Shown here in pieces: positions 20,966-31,169 of a stretch of DNA of 64,000 nucleotides. Where the stretch lies: NCBI GenBank assembly GCA_963820525.1, contig CAWGAA010000003.1:576001-640000 (forward strand), in the 5' to 3' direction. How positions within the stretch are numbered: the first letter of the stretch is position 1; every line of letters starts with the position of its first letter. This DNA is from an uncultured Spirochaetota bacterium (GTDB lineage: Bacteria; Spirochaetota; Spirochaetia; SZUA-6; Fen-1364). Below the pieces are notes generated by a model. It was not told where the DNA came from, did no database searches, and saw nothing but the letters and a program-made list of their open reading frames with translations. A program made the position numbers and the translations under genes.

Positions 20966-21029
20966 CCCCTCCCCATTCCGGCGCCCGCTGCAAGCTTGAT
21001 CTCTGGCGCCTCCACCTGTACATCCCTCG

Positions 21030-22716
21030 TACGCGCCGCCCGCCTCCATGGCGAACTCCAACAGGTCCGCGACGCGAATGCCGGTTTCTTCCATGGCCGC
21101 CGAGTCGGCGAACATGGAGAGGCAGTACGGGCACGAGGTGAGAAGCACGTCCACTCCCTTGGCCTTCACCTGGGCGATCTTCAGAAGCGAGATCCGGCTG
21201 TCCCTGTCCTCCTCGGCTGAAGCGCACCCTCCGCCGCCGCCGCAGCACAGAGTCTCGGCCCCCTCGGAGTCAAGCGTTACGGCCGTGACCTCGGGTCGAG
21301 CCAGGAGGAGGAACTCCCGCGGCTGCTCGAAGACTCCGCAGAGCCGCGCGAGATAGCAGGAGTCGTGATAGGCCACCTTTGGTTTCGGTTTGCCGTTTCC
21401 ATTCCCGTCCCCGCCGTTGAATGCGTCGCCCGCCAGCTCGGGCAGAATTTCCGTATAATGGAAGGCGTTCACTTTCACGCCGAAGTCGGGATACTCATTT
21501 CTCAATGAAGCGCGGCAATGGGGACAAAGGGGATGACCGGGACATTTCCTATTCCGGTGAAAAAGCCGGGAGTTCCTCTCGACCATTTCACGGAAGAGAT
21601 ATTCATCACCTATCCGCCTCGCCATGTCTCCGCAGCAGGATTCAGTCTCGAATGCAGCTATCTTTTTGCCGGCCCGCCTCACGAGGGCGGACAGCGCCAT
21701 CACGGCTTTGCGCATCCTCGGATCGAAGGCGCCATAGCATCCCAGCCACACCAGGTAATCGCAATCGTCTGCCGACGCCAATAGGGGAATGGAAGCTGCC
21801 TTCAGCAGATCCAGGCGGACTTTTCCATCCATCCCGAAAATGCTTCCCTTCCTCTCGCAGTTCTTCAGCACGGCTCTCCACTGCGGAAGGGCCTCCCCCT
21901 CCTCGAGGAGCCTTTTCCTGCGAAGGGCGGAGATGCGGTCCACCTTGCGGATGAACAGGGGGCAGGCGGTCTCGCAGGCGTAGCAGTTCGTGCAGTCATC
22001 CGCCATCGCGCGGATATCCTTCGAAACCTTTTCATCCCCGCCACGACTCATCGCGGCGTTCATCAGGTCCCTCTGGGCCTCAGTCAGCCGCATGGGAGAG
22101 AGCTGCTTTCCCACGAGGCTCGCGGGACAGGCTTCATCGCACAGGCCGCAGGAGACGCACGCGTCGGCTTCCAGCCTCTGCGCGCGGGAGAGATCCTCCA
22201 GCCCCCCGAGGCCTATCCGGATCCCCTCGACAGATCCCGATGCGACCGCCTCCTCTACCCCACGGTCCTTGGGAAGCGTTCCCGTCATCCGGGGGATGCC
22301 CTGACGCTTCACGGCGAAGAAAACGATCATGTGGAACAGCTTGGTTCTGGTAGGATGCTTCCCGCCATGAGGGCCGCGCCCCCCATCACAAAGCCCGCAA
22401 ACGTCAGAAGCGAGATGATGGGAGAAGCGGCGGCCATAAAAGGCGCATTCTCGAGAGCCGAGAAGAGATGGCCAAGAGCTCCGGCCAAGAATCCCATTAC
22501 GGAAAGCCGGTGGCAGACCATGGAGAGCCTGTCCTGTCCCATGCGCTTGTCGGACAGAGAATCGACTTCCGCGGATGAAAGGAGCTCGCCGCTCGGCCGC
22601 TCTCCGGCGCCTCTTGCATGAAGCGCGAAGCGTCGTACGACGAACACCATGCTGGATACGAGCGAAGCCGCGGCAATGGAAGAGCCGGCCAGACGGGCAA
22701 TTGCGAATATACTCAT
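21030..22716 (-). pseudogene. FadF/HdrD-like Fe-S oxidoreductase (4Fe-4S + CCG domains), disrupted
   Basis: CVSCGLCDEACP, CTNCYACETACP, ESCCGD, YHDSCYLAR, CCGGGGG, TSCPYC. The membrane N-terminus (22716-22327) is in another frame and there is no stop at the expected end. Left boundary approximate. Confidence 0.7.
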
Positions 22717-22823
22717 GCCGGAAAAATAGCAGGCGGCGCGGATCTCGTCGTCCGAACCTATCCCTTCGGACAAACTTCCGCCGTTCCTTGATTCCCGGCC
22801 GCCCCTTTCCGTAGAATCGGGGT

Positions 22824-24010
22824 ATGGAGGCAGTTGACAGCCTGAGGCTCATCTTCGCCATATCCGCAACGACGCTGGGCATCTTCCTGTCGCTGTTCTT
22901 CTTCTTCCGGCCGCATGCCAACAGAACAGCGGACCTTCTCCTGGGCGGGGTTTTCGCCTGCATCGCCTTGAGCCAGGCCTCGTTCCTGGCCACTCCCCAG
23001 CTCTTCCTCTCAACGCTCCCCCACCTTTCCCGCCTCGGCTATCCCGCCCTCACCCTGATGGCCGCTCTCCTCTTCTCCTATGTGAGAAGCCTCACCGAGC
23101 CGGAGTATCGATTCGGGGCGCGGGATCTGGTGCACGGCCTCGGGTTCTTCACGCTCCTCGCCGCTTTTTCGCCCTAGTTATTTCCGCTCGGCTCGCTTCA
23201 AGATCGAGCATCCCTCTATGGAGAACCTCGGCCCTATTTCGAGTCCCTGAACACGTACGTCTGGTATGCCATCCTCGCCTATGTCCTGGGCTATCTGATC
23301 GCGATCTTCGTTCTTGTTTCGCGGCATCAGAAGAGGATCAAGGAGACCTTCTCCAACATCAGGAGAATCCGGCTGTCGTGGCTTCGGTATTTCGTTGTCG
23401 TCAGCGGGGCGTGCTGGCTCGTCGTGATCCTCATCACTCTGTTCGACGTCTTCGGCCTGAGCAGGGAGCTGTACAAGGATATCGTGCCGGGCCTGATAAC
23501 GCTCTTCCTGTTTTTCATCGGGTTTCGGGCCATCACTCAGCCCGAAATCTACCAACAGCGCGGGGGCTCCGACTCCGCTCTGAAGAAGGGAGAGCCGCTG
23601 GACGAGGGGAAGATCAGGAGATACGAGGATCTCCTGTACAAATCGATGGGAGAGCTGCGGTTGTACGCCGATCCCGACTTGAGCCTCCCGGCGCTGGCTG
23701 AACGCCTCTCGATTCCCCGCAATGACCTCTCCTACATCATCAATAAAAAGACGGGGGGAACTTCTTCGATTTCATCAATTCCTACCGCGCGGAGGAAGTA
23801 AAGCGCCTGCTCTTGAGGTCGGACAAGGACAATCTCACGCTGCTCGCCATCGCGCTGGAGGCGGGTTTCAACTCGAAGGCGACGTTCAATGCCGTATTCA
23901 AGGCGCTCGCGAAATGCACGCCTTCACAGTTCAAGAAAGCGGCGCGCCGCGAAAAAGCCGGAAGCCCGCAAGCCGTGTCTACAGAGAAGGCGGACCGAAA
24001 GCGGCCATGA
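22824..24010 (+). pseudogene. membrane-anchored AraC family regulator, interrupted
   Basis: TM N-terminus, in-frame TAG at 23175-77, frameshift at the G-run near 23753, HTH LSLPALAERL and LAIALEAGFNSKATFN. Confidence 0.8.
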
Positions 24011-24671
24011 CCCAGAGCAGACCGTGAGCGAGGAACGGCGCGATGATGCTCCTGTCCCTGCCGCGAAGGATGCCCAGGACGAGTCCCGCTATGAAGGCTG
24101 AGGCGAAAGAGAGAGGATTCGACGCATACCCCAAATGCGCGAGGCTGAAGAGGCCTGCCTGGAGGGGAATGGCGATCCACAGCGACATCCGCTGGGCAAG
24201 CAGCGGCTGGAGATATCCCCTGTAGAGATTCTCTTCGACCCAGGCGGGAATGCCGAATGCGAAGAACACGGCAAGGAGCAGAGTGGGAACACCCGGCAGG
24301 CTGAAGGGGGGCCGCCCGACGTTTCCCGAGATGAAGGCCCATGCCAGGACGTTGAGGAACAGGAGAAGGAACCCCAGGATCCCCTTCCCGACCGCGGCCA
24401 TCCATCCCCTGCCCGTCCACCCGAGATCCGCCCACGGGGTGCGGGTGAAGCGCACGATCCCGAAGCCGATCATGCCGACTGAAAACACGATGAAAGAGAC
24501 GGCGAGAAAGACGGCGAATGGGAGAGTGGCGTGGAAGTCGAGGGAGCCGAACCATCGCCGCCAGAGGGTTGCCTGGAGCGCCCGCAGAACGCACAACGAA
24601 ACGACGAGGGTGATTCCCCATGCGACGCGTGCTTCCCAGCGCCATGTCCCTTCCGTGACGCCTTTGCTCAA
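23979..24671 (-). CDS. CPBP (Abi/CAAX) intramembrane metalloprotease
   Basis: VEENLYRG, FSLAH, APFLAHGL motifs. Confidence 0.88.
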   Translation of the reverse strand: MSKGVTEGTWRWEARVAWGITLVVSLCVLRALQATLWRRWFGSLDFHATLPFAVFLAVSFIVFSVGMIGFGIVRFTRTPWADLGWTGRGWMAAVGKGILGFLLLFLNVLAWAFISGNVGRPPFSLPGVPTLLLAVFFAFGIPAWVEENLYRGYLQPLLAQRMSLWIAIPLQAGLFSLAHLGYASNPLSFASAFIAGLVLGILRGRDRSIIAPFLAHGLLWVMAAFGPPSL

Positions 24672-24777
24672 GCTCGACCCCTTTTATCATTCGTTATACT
24701 ACGAACGGTGAGCAGACGCAATGCGCTTGCATTGCGTGGTCTCTTCGTGCATCATCGGCAGACTCGGAGCCTGAAGA

Positions 24778-26154
24778 ATGGACCAGATCCATAGGGAAAT
24801 AAGCCTCAAACACATGCTCGCCATCGCATTGCCCATGATCGTCTCGCAGGCATCCGAGACAGTCATGCTCTTCATGAACCGCTGGTCCGTCTCGTTCCTC
24901 GGGGCGGATCACATCCCCGCCTCCATGAGCGGTGGACTCTCCCAATATGTATTCACATGCTTTTTCATGGGGATCACTGGCTACGTCAACGCTATGGCGG
25001 CCCAATATTACGGCGCCCGGCGCGAGGAGCGCTGCGTGCAGGTGGCCTCCCAGGGCTTCTGGCTCACCCTCGCCTTCTACCCCCTTCTTCTCCTGCTCAT
25101 CCCGATAGGGCACCGGCTTTTCATCTGGGCGGGACACAGCTCGCGGCAGGTGACCCTGGAGTTCTCCTATTACAGGATCCTGATGCTCGGCTCCTTCCTC
25201 TTTCTGGTTCAGAGCGTCCTCACCGGCTACTTCGTCGGCCTGGGAAAGACCAGGGTGGTGATGATCTCAAGTCTCCTGGGGATCCTCGCCAACATTCCCC
25301 TGACCTGGTGCCTTGTCTTCGGCCTCTTCGGGCTTCCCCGGCTGGGCCTGGAAGGCGCGGCCCTGGGCACTCTTGGCGGAACGTTTTTCATCGTCGTTGT
25401 TCTCTTTGTGGCGTACTTCAGGAGCCCCATCTACCGCGCGCATGGCGGCATCCGGGAATGGGCCCCCAGGCGGGAGCTTCTGGCACGGCTTCTGCGCTTC
25501 GGCCTTCCCGCGGGCGGAGAGTCCTTCATCAACGTCTTCGCGTTCAACGCCTTTGTCCAGCTCATGCACTCGTACGGCCCCGGAGTGGCCACGGCGGTGA
25601 CCATCACGTTCAACTACGACCTGGTGGCCTTCATCCCCATGCTCGGGGTAGGAGCGGCCACCACCGCCATGGTCGGCCAGAGGATGGGAGCCGGAGACTC
25701 CACGGGCGCCCGCCGCGTGGCATTCCTCGGACTTCGTGTTGCCTGGGCGTACGGCCTGGCCATGGTGATTGCCTTCCTTGCCGGGGCGCCGCTCCTGGTC
25801 CGCTTCTTCTCCGGCGGTTTCACTGCCGAAGACCAGGCCATCCTCCCCCTTGCCCAGACCCTGCTTCGCCTCGCGGCACTCTACACATTCGCGGATGCAA
25901 CGCAGGTCGTGTTCGCAGGGGCCCTCCGGGGCGCCGGGGATACGCGCTGGGTAATGATTATCTCCGGCATGCTGCACTGGACCATGGCCGTGGGGGCCTT
26001 CCTGTTCATCAGGGTCCTCGCGCTCCCCCCCGTCGCGGTGTGGCTCTTCTTCATCCTATTCGTGATCTCCCTCGGGGTGTCCATGTTCCTGCGCCACCGT
26101 CAGGGGAAATGGATGAGCATCCACCTGATGGAGAGCCCGGTTCCCGCCATGTAA
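24778..26154 (+). CDS. MATE family efflux transporter
   Basis: IALPMIVSQ, FGLPRLGLEGAALGT, GALRGAGDTR; about 12 TM. Confidence 0.93.
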   Translation: MDQIHREISLKHMLAIALPMIVSQASETVMLFMNRWSVSFLGADHIPASMSGGLSQYVFTCFFMGITGYVNAMAAQYYGARREERCVQVASQGFWLTLAFYPLLLLLIPIGHRLFIWAGHSSRQVTLEFSYYRILMLGSFLFLVQSVLTGYFVGLGKTRVVMISSLLGILANIPLTWCLVFGLFGLPRLGLEGAALGTLGGTFFIVVVLFVAYFRSPIYRAHGGIREWAPRRELLARLLRFGLPAGGESFINVFAFNAFVQLMHSYGPGVATAVTITFNYDLVAFIPMLGVGAATTAMVGQRMGAGDSTGARRVAFLGLRVAWAYGLAMVIAFLAGAPLLVRFFSGGFTAEDQAILPLAQTLLRLAALYTFADATQVVFAGALRGAGDTRWVMIISGMLHWTMAVGAFLFIRVLALPPVAVWLFFILFVISLGVSMFLRHRQGKWMSIHLMESPVPAM

Positions 26155-26203
26155 CCGCAAGAATCGGGTTGCGGCCGGCGGGATTCCATTGGAAACTCAT
26201 TCC

Positions 26204-27079
26204 ATGGAGCCTCTCGACATCCTTCTCCTCCTGGCGCTTTCAGCAATCTGGGGGAGCTCCTTCATGTTCATGCGGTATCTCTCGCCCCTGGTGGGGCCCA
26301 TCGCCACGGCGGACCTTCGGCTGCTGATCGCCGGGGTGGCTCTCATGCTGTTCTTCCTCGTCATCGGCTTCAAGGCCGAGTGGAGGAAGAACTGGAAACA
26401 CTTCTTCGTCATCGGCCTTCTGAACTCAGGGATACCGTTTCTCCTGTATTCGTTCGCCGCCCTGTCCCTCCCCGCTTCCATCGAGGTGATCTTCAACTCC
26501 CTTTCACCCATGTTCGGCGCGGTCTTCTCGGCGCTCTGGCTCAAGGAGAGACTCTCGACCCGAAAGGTCTCGGGGCTCTTCTTGGGGATATGCGGCGTGC
26601 TCCTGATCACGAGCCTGGAAGGCCTTGCAGCCTCGCGAAGCTCCGCCATCGCGGCGCTCGCCTGCCTGCTGGCTCCCGCATGCTACGGCCTGGCCGGAGT
26701 CTATATCGCGCGGAGGGCGAAGGGCGTGAAGCCGATGGCGATCGCGGGAGGAAGCCAGCTCCTGGCCGGTGTCATTCTGGCTCCTCTGATCGCAGCGGCC
26801 CCTCCCGCCATGCCGGTGAGCCTCGGCGTCGGCGGAGTCATCGTGGCGTTCGCGCTTTTGTGCAGCGCCGTCGCCTACCTCATCTACTACGGGCTGATCG
26901 CGAGGGTCGGCCCCACAAAAGCCCTCACGGTCACGTTCCTGATGCCCGCGTTCGGGATGCTCTGGGGAGCCGTCATCCTTGGGGAGCGGATCACCTGGAT
27001 CATGGTTGCCGGCGTGCTCGTGATCCTGGCGGGGACTTTCCTGGTCGCGGTCTCGCATCGGGCGGCTCAGAAGGCGTGA
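26204..27079 (+). CDS. DMT/EamA family transporter
   Basis: LLALSAIWGSSF, GLLNSGIPF, VTFLMPAFGMLWGAVILGE. Confidence 0.92.
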   Translation: MEPLDILLLLALSAIWGSSFMFMRYLSPLVGPIATADLRLLIAGVALMLFFLVIGFKAEWRKNWKHFFVIGLLNSGIPFLLYSFAALSLPASIEVIFNSLSPMFGAVFSALWLKERLSTRKVSGLFLGICGVLLITSLEGLAASRSSAIAALACLLAPACYGLAGVYIARRAKGVKPMAIAGGSQLLAGVILAPLIAAAPPAMPVSLGVGGVIVAFALLCSAVAYLIYYGLIARVGPTKALTVTFLMPAFGMLWGAVILGERITWIMVAGVLVILAGTFLVAVSHRAAQKA

Positions 27080-27257
27080 AGACGGCCTCGAGAGGGGCAG
27101 GGTCGGGCCGCTCATACTCGATGCCGAAGCGCGATTGACAGGATCAGCCATGCGGACGATCATTTGGGCTGGTAGGAGGCAAGGGTTTCGGAGGCGCTGA
27201 AGATACTTGATGTCGACGGGTGGTAGTTGGCACAAACGTCCCCCATCCACTGGCCAA

Positions 27258-28028
27258 ATGAAAACGGTGAGAGCATTCCTCCGAGTGTTATGGGCAGCCC
27301 CGACAATCCTTATGCTGAATGCATGCGCGACGACGGCGCTTATGGACGCCGCCCGTTCCAGCACGGACCCTGATGCCATCAATAAGCTGGTGATGAAGGA
27401 GGTAGAAGAAGGCCGGCGTATGGCCGAAGGGCCCATCAACGCGGCGCTCGGAATAGCCGCCATTTCCAACCCGAACCCTGAAGTCATCGCGGCACTGCTG
27501 GAGGCCGGCGCTTCGTCAGAAGCTAGAGACAGAGCGCTCGGACTGGCCGCCACTTTCAACCCGAATCCTGAAGTCATCGCCGTACTGCTGAAGGCCGGCG
27601 CCTATGTCAACGCACAGGACGAATACGGCACGACGGCGCTCATGATGGCCGCCGCTTTTAGCCGCCCTGAGGTCGTTTCCCTGCTGTTGAAGGCCGGTGC
27701 CGATGTCAACACGCAGGACAAAGCCGGCCTGACGGCTCTCATGATGGCTGCCTGCAGCAACCGGTACCCCGATGTGGTTTCCGCGCTCCTTGAGGCCGGA
27801 GCGGACATCAACGTGCAGGGCGATGATGTTTGGCGGTCTGGCTGGACGGCACTCATGTACGCTGCCCATTTCAACCAGAACCCTGAAATCATCACCGTGC
27901 TGCTGAACGCCGGTGCTTTCACGAAGGCAAAAAGTGACGAAGGAAAAACAGCCTTTGATTACGCGCAGGGCAACGACAAGCTCAAAGGCACTGACGCATA
28001 CCGAAAACTCAAGGACGCGCTGTACTGA
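27258..28028 (+). CDS. ankyrin repeat lipoprotein
   Basis: Signal peptide ending MLNAC; repeated GxTALMxAA...LLKAGADVN. Confidence 0.9.
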   Translation: MKTVRAFLRVLWAAPTILMLNACATTALMDAARSSTDPDAINKLVMKEVEEGRRMAEGPINAALGIAAISNPNPEVIAALLEAGASSEARDRALGLAATFNPNPEVIAVLLKAGAYVNAQDEYGTTALMMAAAFSRPEVVSLLLKAGADVNTQDKAGLTALMMAACSNRYPDVVSALLEAGADINVQGDDVWRSGWTALMYAAHFNQNPEIITVLLNAGAFTKAKSDEGKTAFDYAQGNDKLKGTDAYRKLKDALY

Positions 28029-28098
28029 CGGTGCCGCACCGCGCGAGTGCGCCTGCCCTGGCCGGCATCTACCCGCGGGGCTCCTTCACGGAGGGCAT

Positions 28099-28569
28099 AT
28101 GAAAACAGTGCGAGCACTCTTCATGGCGCTGTGGGCCCCCCTGGCAATCCTTTCACTGAATACGTGCGCGAGTCTGGTGCGCGCGGTGTTTCTGCGGGAC
28201 GCCCGTTCCAACCCGAACCCTCAAGCCATCGCCGAGCTGGCGAAGGAAGGTCGAGGCGAGAGAGACGCAAGAGACGCTCTCAACAGGGCACTCGGGTTGG
28301 CCGCCTACAGCAACCCGAACCCTGAGGTCATCACCGCGCTGCTGAAGGCCGGTGCCGACATCAACGCACAGAACAGAGACGGCTGGGCGGCGCTCATGTA
28401 CGCCGCCCTTTACAACCAGAACCCCGAGGTGGTTTCCACGCTTCTTGAAGTTGGCGCCGACGCAATGGCAAAGAATAGGGAAGGAAAAACGGCTTGTGAT
28501 TATGCGAAGGACAACATGAAGCTCAAAGGAACTGACGCAGATAACGCGCTCAGCGACGCACAGAACTGA
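28099..28569 (+). CDS. ankyrin repeat lipoprotein (short paralog)
   Basis: Same MKTVRA...LNTC N-terminus and GKTAxDYA...LKGTDA C-terminus as the upstream gene. Confidence 0.85.
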   Translation: MKTVRALFMALWAPLAILSLNTCASLVRAVFLRDARSNPNPQAIAELAKEGRGERDARDALNRALGLAAYSNPNPEVITALLKAGADINAQNRDGWAALMYAALYNQNPEVVSTLLEVGADAMAKNREGKTACDYAKDNMKLKGTDADNALSDAQN

Positions 28570-28676
28570 CCGGCGAAGCAGATGCCTGCGACTTGCCAGG
28601 GCGCACACGATGTGCTGGCTCAAGGACCTGCGCGCATCCTCCTCGGAGATTCGTGTCCCGCTGTCTCTGGAGCCCC

Positions 28677-30599
28677 CTACAGTCCCAGCTTCTTGTCCAC
28701 AACGAGCTTGGTCACGGAGAGGATCTCGCCCGTCTCCACGCGCAGGAGCTTGAGGAAGACCTCGTAGTTCGCATCGCGGTCATACATGGCGGAGGTGAGG
28801 AGCATCTGCGCCCCGATCACCTTGCCCAGCCTGGCCGCGTTCGCCTCATCGGAAATCCCCGACATCTGGAGCTCCAGCTCCTTCATCACGGCCTGGAGGT
28901 CCTTTCGCTCAACGGCGCTGAAGGCGCGGCTCCTGGCGAGCGACTGGACCAGCTGCTCGCCGAAGTACTCGGCGGTCAGACGCTCGGCCTGGCCCTGGGG
29001 CACGATGGGCAGCGCCGCCGTGGGGGTGCCTTCGGGGATGCGGATGGCCGCGTAGTCGACGATCTGGGAGATCGCCATGTCGAAGAGCTTGGCCAGCGTC
29101 TCGCTCTTCTCCTCGCCCGAGGTGCGGGTGGCCTGGAAATAATCCCCCTCTTCGGTGATAGGCTGGTCCGTGAGGTAGGAGAGCTCCTCCTTGGCGAAGC
29201 GCATGATGATGGTTTCGAGCTTGTCGGTCTGGAAATTGGATCCGGTGTGGTGGCTCACGCTCCCCGGAGCCCCGCCCTCGCTCTCGCCCTTCTCTCCGTA
29301 GGTGAGGAAGATGTACTTGGCATACGTGTACTGGGAGAGCTGCCGCAGCACGAGCTCTCCGGCAAGGTCCAGCCCTCCGGTGCCCACGGAGAAGATCTTG
29401 ATCCCCTTGGTCCGCGCCTCGTGCGCCGCATCCACGTAGGTGTAGGGCTCATCGGCGTAGTCGAGGTGGGGAGGAGCGTCCGTGACAATGAACGCCATCC
29501 GGATGCCGGAGGGGTCCCAGGAGACCTCCTTCATCGCGTCCTTCAGCGCGGCCTGCAGGTCCTCGGGGTCGTCGCCCCCGCCGTCGGCATTCACGCCGGC
29601 CAGCCGCTTCTGAAACTCGGCAAGGTCCGACGTCATCGGCACCACGCTGGTCACGTATTCATCCTCGCGGTCGCGGTAGAGGACCATCCCGAAGCGCACC
29701 GTGGGCCGCGAAGAAAGCGAGCTCAAGTTGAGGTTGATGATCTCTATGGTGGCCTTCAGCCGCTCGATCTCCTCCTGCATGCTGCCCGTGGTGTCCATGA
29801 CGAACAGGATGTCCAGGGGCACGCTGGCGTACGCGGGACGGGGGGCCTGGAAACGCGCCTCGACCTGGCGCTTTCCCGCGCGCTCCAGTACGATCTCCTT
29901 TTTCGCCTTCAGCGCCGTGATCGTCCCCGTGTAACGGGTGAGCGATGCGTCATGCTCCGAAGGAAAGAACAGGAAAGTCCCGTCGGCATAGGTCACCCCT
30001 TCGGCGAGGGGCTTCCCGCCGCCGGAAATGGCGACCCGGGCATTGGCAACGGGCTTTCCCGCCTGGTCCGTCACTTTGATCACGATCCGCTCCTGGATGG
30101 GGATAGGGAAGCTTGGAACCTGGCCCGCGTACTTACCCAGGAAATTGACGAAGTAATTGAACTGCTTGTTGTCGTCGGCAAAGCCCGCCTGGAGCCCCGA
30201 GGCAGCGGGGGCCGCGCTTCGAGGCGCCCCGCGCTCTCCCCTGAGGGGGCTGCCCTCGGTCTTGCCGACCCCGCCGAACCCCTTGCCTTCCGGGCTGCCG
30301 GGCTCTTCAGCCCATCCCGGGCCTTCATCATCCTTTTTCGCCGTGGTCTCTGCGGACCTCAGTCCCGAATCGGGAGCCGGCTCCTCCGCAGTCTTCGCCC
30401 GCTTCTCCATCTCGGCTTCCTTGGCCGGCGCCGTTTCCGTTCCCCCGTCCCCACCAGGCTGGGCAGGAGAGGGGGCGGGCTTGGCCTGCGGCTCGAGAGA
30501 GGCGGCCCCGCTTCCCTTCTCCGGCGCAGAGGCGCAGGAAGCGAGGAGCAGGCAGCATACTGCAAGAAGAGAGAGCCAGCGAGAGACCACGATTTTCAT
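28677..30599 (-). CDS. VWA domain lipoprotein with C-terminal CsgG/FlgO-like domain
   Basis: Lipobox LASC, P/E/K-rich linker, DILFVMDTTGSM, GGGDDPED, VERKDLQAVMKELELQMSG...LGKVIGA. Confidence 0.85.
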   Translation of the reverse strand: MKIVVSRWLSLLAVCCLLLASCASAPEKGSGAASLEPQAKPAPSPAQPGGDGGTETAPAKEAEMEKRAKTAEEPAPDSGLRSAETTAKKDDEGPGWAEEPGSPEGKGFGGVGKTEGSPLRGERGAPRSAAPAASGLQAGFADDNKQFNYFVNFLGKYAGQVPSFPIPIQERIVIKVTDQAGKPVANARVAISGGGKPLAEGVTYADGTFLFFPSEHDASLTRYTGTITALKAKKEIVLERAGKRQVEARFQAPRPAYASVPLDILFVMDTTGSMQEEIERLKATIEIINLNLSSLSSRPTVRFGMVLYRDREDEYVTSVVPMTSDLAEFQKRLAGVNADGGGDDPEDLQAALKDAMKEVSWDPSGIRMAFIVTDAPPHLDYADEPYTYVDAAHEARTKGIKIFSVGTGGLDLAGELVLRQLSQYTYAKYIFLTYGEKGESEGGAPGSVSHHTGSNFQTDKLETIIMRFAKEELSYLTDQPITEEGDYFQATRTSGEEKSETLAKLFDMAISQIVDYAAIRIPEGTPTAALPIVPQGQAERLTAEYFGEQLVQSLARSRAFSAVERKDLQAVMKELELQMSGISDEANAARLGKVIGAQMLLTSAMYDRDANYEVFLKLLRVETGEILSVTKLVVDKKLGL

Positions 30600-30653
30600 T
30601 TCTTGGTATCCTCCACCCTTATCAAGAGAGGATACCCCCTTTGCGGGCAGGTC

Positions 30654-31169
30654 TCAAGGTTTGGGCGCGCGGGGGACGCTCTCTACGGTCTTTGCGTACA
30701 TCACCTTGGCATCCCCAGGGCCGTAGAAGTCAGGAAGCCTCGCCTCCTCGCGGTATCCCCGCTTGAGGTAGAAGGCCCGTGTGGGATCATAGAGAGAGCG
30801 TGAAGAGGTTTCCACATAGATTCGGGTCCCGCCCATCTGCCGGATCCTCTTCTCGCTTTCTGCCAGGAGCAGGGTGCCGAGCCCGGTCCCGCGCTGATCG
30901 GAATCCACCGCGATCCAGTACAGGTCGAAGCTCGACTTCGTGCAGGCGATGGGACCGAAGCAGGAATAGCCCACCGCCCGCCCGTCCTTCTCGGCGAAGA
31001 AAAACCAGTAGCCGCTCTTCGTGCCCTTGGCCAGGCGCTCCTCGACCAGCTCCACCGCCGTGTCGATCTCCTCGGCAGTGAAAAAGCCGCTGGACTGCGT
31101 GATCCGGCGCACGGCCTGGGGATCTTTCGGCATTACATCCTCGCGAAGGCTGACCGTTGGTTGGCTCAT
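30654..31169 (-). CDS. GNAT family N-acetyltransferase
   Basis: DLYWIAV...QRGTGLG, VETSS...TRAFYLKRGY. Confidence 0.9.
   Translation of the reverse strand: MSQPTVSLREDVMPKDPQAVRRITQSSGFFTAEEIDTAVELVEERLAKGTKSGYWFFFAEKDGRAVGYSCFGPIACTKSSFDLYWIAVDSDQRGTGLGTLLLAESEKRIRQMGGTRIYVETSSRSLYDPTRAFYLKRGYREEARLPDFYGPGDAKVMYAKTVESVPRAPKP

Noticed and set aside
20231..22993. 920-aa ORF as one real protein
   Set aside because: Only the central ~430 aa carry Fe-S/CCG motifs; both ends are antisense or off-frame to other genes.
27080..27257. Sigma54 promoter (TTGGCAC) upstream of the ankyrin genes
   Set aside because: The -12 TTGC element is missing.
27400..28500. CRISPR-like repeated DNA
   Set aside because: The repeats are in-frame ankyrin codons, not repeat-spacer units.
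28593..30803. 736-aa plus-strand ORF
   Set aside because: Antisense shadow of the VWA lipoprotein.
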